32,000 nt of DNA from Nitrosomonas europaea. GTDB taxonomy: Bacteria; Pseudomonadota; Gammaproteobacteria; Burkholderiales; Nitrosomonadaceae. Below, piece by piece: positions 26,376 to 32,000 of this stretch (positions are counted from its first letter, which is position 1; the number at the start of each line of letters is the position of its first letter). The translations under genes were made by a program, and so were the position numbers. The stretch lies in NCBI RefSeq assembly GCF_900167395.1, contig NZ_FUWK01000011.1, positions 1 through 32,000 of the forward strand, given 5' to 3'. Below the pieces are notes generated by a model that saw nothing but the letters and a program-made list of their open reading frames with translations, did no database searches and was not told where the DNA came from.

Positions 26376-27482
26376 CTAAATGATACCAGCGTTATCAAAA
26401 CGGCTTTTCCATGAGTTGAATTCTCTGAATTTACAAATAACTTCTGAACTTGCATGGTACTGAAGCGCCAAGGCTGCCAATTCACCAACATCCTCCACGC
26501 CACGGCTTAAATAGGTTCCATCAGTACTTTTACGTAACGCCATTTCCCCAAAATCTGTAGATAATACTGGCAACCCCAAGGCGCGATACTCATAGTATTT
26601 GATCGGGTCTACCGATTCAGTCAGCAAAATTTTCTTAAAAGGTATTAATCCAACATCGAATTCCTGCATTGCCAGCAATGCCGCCTGGTGATTGCAGGGA
26701 GGTAGAATTTCAATATTTTGTGGCAATACTGCAGGAACCGTTGAAAATACCGGACCAATCAAGCGCACTATATCCTGTGGTCGCACATTGGCTAAAACAA
26801 TCACCCATTCCCAGTCAAACCAAGCGGCAATCGTACCTACGTAACCCAGTACTTTCCGCTCATTATCGTGGCTGCATAACCTCAGAGGCGGCAAAATATC
26901 CAGATCCAATCCATTATGTACAAGTTCCACATCATTCCGGAAGATTGACCAACGGTGCTTCAATGTGGTTGAAGAAGTCAGGATCACGCTCACCTGACGA
27001 ACAAGTGCTTTTTCTCGTTGTTGCATGGCAAAACGCGATAACCCGGAGTAAAACGAGGGAAAATCATCCATCACATCATAGATCGACCGACATCCATTGA
27101 GTCGATCCATGACAGTCAACGCAAAAATAGAGGGTTTGCCTATGACCAGCAATGTTTCACCACTGGCTGCGAAAACTGACAGTTCTTGCAGCAACCGCCG
27201 CCATAAAAAAATATTGACTGTTCCTGAGCTCGGTAACGGCTCTATCGGCAAGGCAACAGGTTTGATTATGTTTAACCAGGCAGGAATGAAAACCTCATCT
27301 CGTGCTGCTTTGGCTTTACCTATAAATTGTTGAAAGTCAGAGAGCAGCGGGAAACGAGTTGGATACGGATCAACCCAAAATACAGACCCCCCCGTCCGGC
27401 CATGAAACCACTCTACAAATTTATGCGGTCGTTGCGCAAAACTTGCCCAAGGTACAGGCGACAAGTAAATCAGTTGCATCAA
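26376..27482 (-). CDS. Glycosyltransferase, GT4/TuaH-like
   Basis: The N-terminus IYLSPVPWASFAQRPHKFVEWF is the TuaH-like W...QRP motif. C-terminal GLIPFKKILLTESVDPIKYYEYRALGLPVLST matches the GT-B EX7E-type region. Confidence 0.75.
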   Translation of the reverse strand: MMQLIYLSPVPWASFAQRPHKFVEWFHGRTGGSVFWVDPYPTRFPLLSDFQQFIGKAKAARDEVFIPAWLNIIKPVALPIEPLPSSGTVNIFLWRRLLQELSVFAASGETLLVIGKPSIFALTVMDRLNGCRSIYDVMDDFPSFYSGLSRFAMQQREKALVRQVSVILTSSTTLKHRWSIFRNDVELVHNGLDLDILPPLRLCSHDNERKVLGYVGTIAAWFDWEWVIVLANVRPQDIVRLIGPVFSTVPAVLPQNIEILPPCNHQAALLAMQEFDVGLIPFKKILLTESVDPIKYYEYRALGLPVLSTDFGEMALRKSTDGTYLSRGVEDVGELAALALQYHASSEVICKFREFNSWKSRFDNAGII

Positions 27483-28573
27483 GTAAAGTACTTACGCAAG
27501 ACTTGGACTATACGCTCTGCCGCCTTGCCATCACCATAAGGTGAAATCCCTCGCGCCATCGCACGATAAGCGAATTCATCATCAAGCAGGCACTGAGTCT
27601 CCTGCACGATTGCATCATAATTGGGGCCGACCAGCTTCACGACACCCTGCTCCACTGCCTCAGGCCGCTCGGTCTCATCGCGCAGCACCAGCACCGGTTT
27701 GCCCAGCGCAGGAGCTTCTTCCTGAATACCACCTGAATCAGTAAGGATGATGTAGGCGCGCTTCATTGCTGCGATGAACGATGCATAATCCAGTGGTTCA
27801 CACAGCGTGAAATTATGCAGCCCTGCCAGGAACTCGTGCGCGACATCCTTGACATTGGGGTTTGGGTGCACCGGATAGAGAAACTGCACATCCGGATTTT
27901 TCTCGGCTAGCGTCTGCAACGCACGGCAAATATTGCGGAACGGCTCGCCGAAATTTTCGCGACGGTGGGAGGTCACGAGCACAAGACGCTTGTTTGAATC
28001 AAGCTCAATTCCCAACTGCAGATCCTTCGATGCGCTCATCAGCAACGCATCAATGACAGTATTGCCCGTCACGATAATCTTAGAATCGGCCACTCCCTCC
28101 TTGAGCAAATTCTGCCGCGAGCCCTCGGTAGGCGCGAAATGCCAACGAGCAAACTTACCAGTGATCACACGATTGGCTTCCTCGGGGAATGGATTTTGCA
28201 TATCCCAAGTACGCAGCCCGGCCTCAACGTGACCAACGGGAATATGATGATAAAAACACGCCAAAGCAACAGTCATGACCGTAGTAGTATCACCTTGAAC
28301 CAATACAGCATCCGGCTTCTCAGCTTGCAAGACATCGTCGAGTTCAGGCAGCAACCGCGCAGTCAATGTTGTCAGCGCTTGATTGGGGCGCATGATGTTC
28401 AGATCGATATCAGGATCGATACCAAAAAACTCGTTTACCTGATCCAACATATTTCTGTGTTGGGCAGTTGCCAAAACCCGGACGTTTGCCCATGGTTCTT
28501 TTTTTAGCGCCAGAATAACTGGGGCCATTTTGATGGCTTCGGGACGGGTACCTACTACAATCAAAATTTTCAT
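27479..28573 (-). CDS. wecB: UDP-N-acetylglucosamine 2-epimerase (non-hydrolysing)
   Basis: MKILIVVGTRPEAIKMAPV..., DSGGIQEEAPALGKPVLVLR and a 364-aa length are all typical of WecB/MnaA. Confidence 0.9.
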   Translation of the reverse strand: MKILIVVGTRPEAIKMAPVILALKKEPWANVRVLATAQHRNMLDQVNEFFGIDPDIDLNIMRPNQALTTLTARLLPELDDVLQAEKPDAVLVQGDTTTVMTVALACFYHHIPVGHVEAGLRTWDMQNPFPEEANRVITGKFARWHFAPTEGSRQNLLKEGVADSKIIVTGNTVIDALLMSASKDLQLGIELDSNKRLVLVTSHRRENFGEPFRNICRALQTLAEKNPDVQFLYPVHPNPNVKDVAHEFLAGLHNFTLCEPLDYASFIAAMKRAYIILTDSGGIQEEAPALGKPVLVLRDETERPEAVEQGVVKLVGPNYDAIVQETQCLLDDEFAYRAMARGISPYGDGKAAERIVQVLRKYFT

Positions 28574-29907
28574 GACCTTACGCCCTCAATAGCCTGGCGT
28601 GTGGCATTTAAATAAGCATATCCATATTTCTTGTCTGGCTCGAGGTAAGCGCCTTCACCCCATTCATTCCAAGCATTGATAAAAATGTAATGGTCTTCAA
28701 GATCTTCTCGGTTCTTGGCCTCAAGCAGAATGTCTGTAAGCCAGCGCTCATATAAGTCGGGCGAAGCTCCCTCAAATATCATGCCTTTATTGTCACGTCT
28801 TGCAGAGTTATCCCACATTGGCATAGCTGCGCGATGAAGCTTTGGATGATTGTATAAAAAATATTTTTTATGCTCGACGATATCGCGGTAGTCCAGCACG
28901 ATACCGCCAAAGTCCTGCATATAGTTAATCTGTGAACTGATATCGACGCAATGTTTGAAGAGTGTTCCCGGATGAAACTCACTCTGCGCATCAAATCCCA
29001 ATTCAATCAAGTTGACATCCCACGTATGTTCTTTTATGCCGATAATATAAATGTCGCCAATGCCTGCTTTAACACAATGCTCACGCCATGCTGTTATTGT
29101 GCTAGCGCATTCTGGAATGAACGATGGGCGGTAAATTGTAAAGATCGGTTTACCATTCATCCTTATATATCTTGAATCACGCATATAAGGTACAACACTA
29201 TTAATAAATGCAATATAACTCTCCACCGTTTCGCTCTGCTTAACCAGGATTTCTCCGCAAGAACCATCAAACCTGCGAGTCCATGACTCATTCGCCCAGC
29301 AAAGTGAGAAGGGGAAATCAATAGTCTTGGCTTCCAAGAACATGTCGAGCGGCTTATCCAGTAAGCGCTTGCCATCGAACCAGTAATAATAAAAACAGAA
29401 TCCATAGATGCCATACATTTGCGCCAACTCAACTTGGCGGCGCATATTATCCAGGATTCGTAAATCATAATATCCAAGCTCACCGGGCAAACGTGGCTGG
29501 TAATGTCCAACATATTGCGGCATAGCGCGAGAAACGTTATTCCATTCAGTCACTCCCTTACCCCACCACATGTCATTTTCTTTAGTTGGATGAAACTGTG
29601 GAAGGTAATAAGCCAGGATTTTTGCATCACCTTCCTTCCGCTGGTACGAACTTGAGCTGATCTCGACATACTCGTTACCCGATTTCCTAGGTATTGCAAG
29701 GATTTGATTAGCATACTCCTGGAGGATTTTCTCCCGACTGACAGATGCTGAACTAGCTGTTGTCACCGGCTCAGCCAATGCTTTTTTCATGCCACGCAAA
29801 AATCTGCGAGCGAATCCAACCAGTAACTCCTTGGTTTCTTCAGGTAACGGAAGCCGCCAATATATTCGACGTAGTAGTTGATATAAATTTTGATTCACTC
29901 TTTTCAC
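28570..29907 (-). CDS. WbsX-like / glycoside hydrolase family 99-like polysaccharide biosynthesis protein
   Basis: ILAYYLPQFHPTKENDMWWGKGVTEWNNV and INAWNEWGEGAYLEP match the WbsX-family signature as I remember it. Confidence 0.7.
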   Translation of the reverse strand: MKRVNQNLYQLLRRIYWRLPLPEETKELLVGFARRFLRGMKKALAEPVTTASSASVSREKILQEYANQILAIPRKSGNEYVEISSSSYQRKEGDAKILAYYLPQFHPTKENDMWWGKGVTEWNNVSRAMPQYVGHYQPRLPGELGYYDLRILDNMRRQVELAQMYGIYGFCFYYYWFDGKRLLDKPLDMFLEAKTIDFPFSLCWANESWTRRFDGSCGEILVKQSETVESYIAFINSVVPYMRDSRYIRMNGKPIFTIYRPSFIPECASTITAWREHCVKAGIGDIYIIGIKEHTWDVNLIELGFDAQSEFHPGTLFKHCVDISSQINYMQDFGGIVLDYRDIVEHKKYFLYNHPKLHRAAMPMWDNSARRDNKGMIFEGASPDLYERWLTDILLEAKNREDLEDHYIFINAWNEWGEGAYLEPDKKYGYAYLNATRQAIEGVRS

Positions 29908-29948
29908 TATCCACCATTTAAAAGAGATAAATTTTGGTCACTCTGCAC

Positions 29949-32000
29949 TCAGCTTTTGGCTGTTCGGATGCCGACAAGCTGGTATACCAAAGCTGCTTTT
30001 TCAGCCCATGAATTCTTTTCCGCATCATCTGCAAGGGCTTTCATGTAGGTGGGATCGTCTCTGGCAACCGCTGCGGCAGCGAGATTGCTCAGGAAGTCAT
30101 CATGCGTACCTGATACTAGACATGACTTATATTTCGCACACTCAGGCAGGTAAGTTGTAACAATTGGTTTTGAGGCTGCCATGTACTCGAACAGTTTTAC
30201 CGGTGAAACCGACTCCGTAAGTTCGTTACGTTTAAACGGCAAAATTCCAATATCATAAAACACCGCATATTCATTCAAGATAAAGTAAGATTTACTACCT
30301 AGAAAATGAACGTTTGGGATATCCAATATGCCACTTTGCTCAAGAGAATCATCATGCGCATATCCGATGAGTACCAGCTCGTACTTGCCATCACTCGCAA
30401 TTCTTTTAAGCAAATCATAATCAATCCATTTTGCCAGCGCTCCATGATAGCCAACTACAATCCGTTCTGATGCCAGCACGGGCTCCATGTCTGCAGGAGG
30501 ATGTGGAGCTGTTTTGCGCCAGTGAGGCAAATCTACGCCATTCGTGGAAAGAATGCATTGGCTCGTCCGATATCTAGTTACCTCCGTAAACAACCTATCC
30601 GATGTCGTGACCACAAAAACTGCTTCATTCCTCAGCAACCATTTGTGCCGTTCTATGACAAAAGCAGGAATGGCGCCCGTAATTTCCTCGCTGATTTCAT
30701 CAATATATTCGTACACTATGATGATGCCGTCACGAATAAAATGCTCAAGATCACTGACTTTTGTTGCAAGATCAATCGACTGCAAGCGCAGCATTTTCGG
30801 TTGTCGAACTTCCAAAAGAGCATCGAACACACATTGCACGACTCGGTCGTCGAGCGCATCAAATACGACTACATTGCCCTCTACCCGATTAAAGACAAAT
30901 AGATCTTTGTCGACTTGTAGATGTCCACCGTAAAGAGCAAGCCCGCCTAACTGCGCTGCCTGCAATGACATATGCTGAAACCGCTGAAATAGCGGTGTGC
31001 TCCACCCCATGGGAACATGGAAAAGATCGATAAAGTCTGTATGCTCGATTATGATCGTCCGTAGTTCTCTTAATCGCCGCTCATAGGTTCTCCGCCTAAG
31101 CTGCTTCTCCATCCAGACAGATCCGAATCTGTGGAATGCGCGCATCGCAAGAGGAAGTGAACTCAACAAGCCGTGTCGCTGGACTCCGTTATTGTAACGA
31201 GTAGTAAGATAGGAAATTCGCTTACGCCAGAGCGGGTAGTCTTTATGCGTAGGAACAGCGCCAGGCTCCATGGAAGCTCTCTGGGCCGTGCGCTGCTTTC
31301 TCAGAGTTTTTCCAATTATCCTCAGTGGACTAGTGATTTTCCATGAGTGACTCCCTTTCAGAGCTTTGATCTGCTGGTTATATTGTTCCAGCCATTTATC
31401 TCGATCAATCACAGCCTGGCTAAGGCTGGCGATCTGACCATCCTTCTCAGTGACAGCTTGGTTGAGGTTATTTAATTTAGAAATAGGGCCGTCTAACCAG
31501 TCCATCGTTTCCTTGGGAGTTACAACTCGGCCAGATACTTCAGTTTGAATAACGGCTTCCAGATTAACATAGCTAATGATCATCCCTTTGTCTGGTAACC
31601 AGCCCAAGCCATTCATTACAGCTTGAATTAGATTGATATATGTTTTACCAAACTCATCAGCGGAATGGCCGAATTTGGTAACGTTGTGAAAAAGGGTAAT
31701 TAACGACCTAAAACAAAGAAAGCCGATCTGCACTGGCTCAGTTGCTTCCCACTCTTTATCGATGATATACGCTCCACCATCAGTAGAAGTAATAATATTT
31801 TGTGGTATGCAATCAAACGTGCTTCCAGGCAATTTAATAGTTGGCTCTGACAATTCTTCAATCTGCCATTTTGTGCACGCAACATTTGCAACAATATCGA
31901 GATATTTTCTCAGTAGGATACAAAGTTCTTCTATACGCCATCCGTCACGAGTGACGATTCGGATAAATTCTTGTGAAAGTGGTATGCCATACACGTAAGA
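29949..32000 (-). CDS. Large multidomain polysaccharide biosynthesis protein (N-terminus outside the window): central coiled coil plus C-terminal GT4/TuaH-like glycosyltransferase domain
   Basis: The frame is open to the window edge. Coiled coil LNNLNQAVTEKDGQIASLSQAVIDRDKWLEQYNQQIKALKGSHSWKITSPLR. C-terminal GILPFKRNELTESVSPVKLFEYMAASKPIVTT is paralogous to the 26376-27482 product. Confidence 0.7.
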   Translation of the reverse strand, partial: SYVYGIPLSQEFIRIVTRDGWRIEELCILLRKYLDIVANVACTKWQIEELSEPTIKLPGSTFDCIPQNIITSTDGGAYIIDKEWEATEPVQIGFLCFRSLITLFHNVTKFGHSADEFGKTYINLIQAVMNGLGWLPDKGMIISYVNLEAVIQTEVSGRVVTPKETMDWLDGPISKLNNLNQAVTEKDGQIASLSQAVIDRDKWLEQYNQQIKALKGSHSWKITSPLRIIGKTLRKQRTAQRASMEPGAVPTHKDYPLWRKRISYLTTRYNNGVQRHGLLSSLPLAMRAFHRFGSVWMEKQLRRRTYERRLRELRTIIIEHTDFIDLFHVPMGWSTPLFQRFQHMSLQAAQLGGLALYGGHLQVDKDLFVFNRVEGNVVVFDALDDRVVQCVFDALLEVRQPKMLRLQSIDLATKVSDLEHFIRDGIIIVYEYIDEISEEITGAIPAFVIERHKWLLRNEAVFVVTTSDRLFTEVTRYRTSQCILSTNGVDLPHWRKTAPHPPADMEPVLASERIVVGYHGALAKWIDYDLLKRIASDGKYELVLIGYAHDDSLEQSGILDIPNVHFLGSKSYFILNEYAVFYDIGILPFKRNELTESVSPVKLFEYMAASKPIVTTYLPECAKYKSCLVSGTHDDFLSNLAAAAVARDDPTYMKALADDAEKNSWAEKAALVYQLVGIRTAKS

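Overview
Proteobacterial chromosomal segment (beta/gamma-like gene content; species cannot be assigned from sequence alone). Core genes: a DsbC/G-like oxidoreductase, baeS-baeR, an APC permease, a Spy/CpxP-like chaperone, rdgC, tRNA-Arg(CCT), bamD, rluD, glnA, and a minus-strand surface-polysaccharide cluster (about 14.8-19.1 kb and 26.4-32 kb). Two accessory insertions stand out. (1) At 19.9-26.4 kb the polysaccharide operon is split by three plus-strand cassettes, each led by a toxin-first TA module: a degraded BrnT/BrnA-like pair, RelE/ParE-HTH-Rpn nuclease, and HigBA plus an IS3 scar plus an AIPR abortive-infection protein. The cassettes are separated by four direct copies of the same gene 3' end remnant (peptide ...LWLAALFKRL*). 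A VapBC pair sits at the left junction. (2) At 6.0-9.6 kb an AT-rich three-gene operon (secreted His-rich beta-propeller, SCO1/SenC copper chaperone, unknown secreted protein) lies between intact rdgC and a diverged duplicate of the rdgC 3' end. Other points: consensus promoters placed so the two intact toxin genes look leaderless, a strong internal SD+ATG in the Rpn gene (RpnS-like), and coding tandem repeats. No CRISPR array or rRNA was seen. All calls come from reading the sequence and ORF track; no searches were run.
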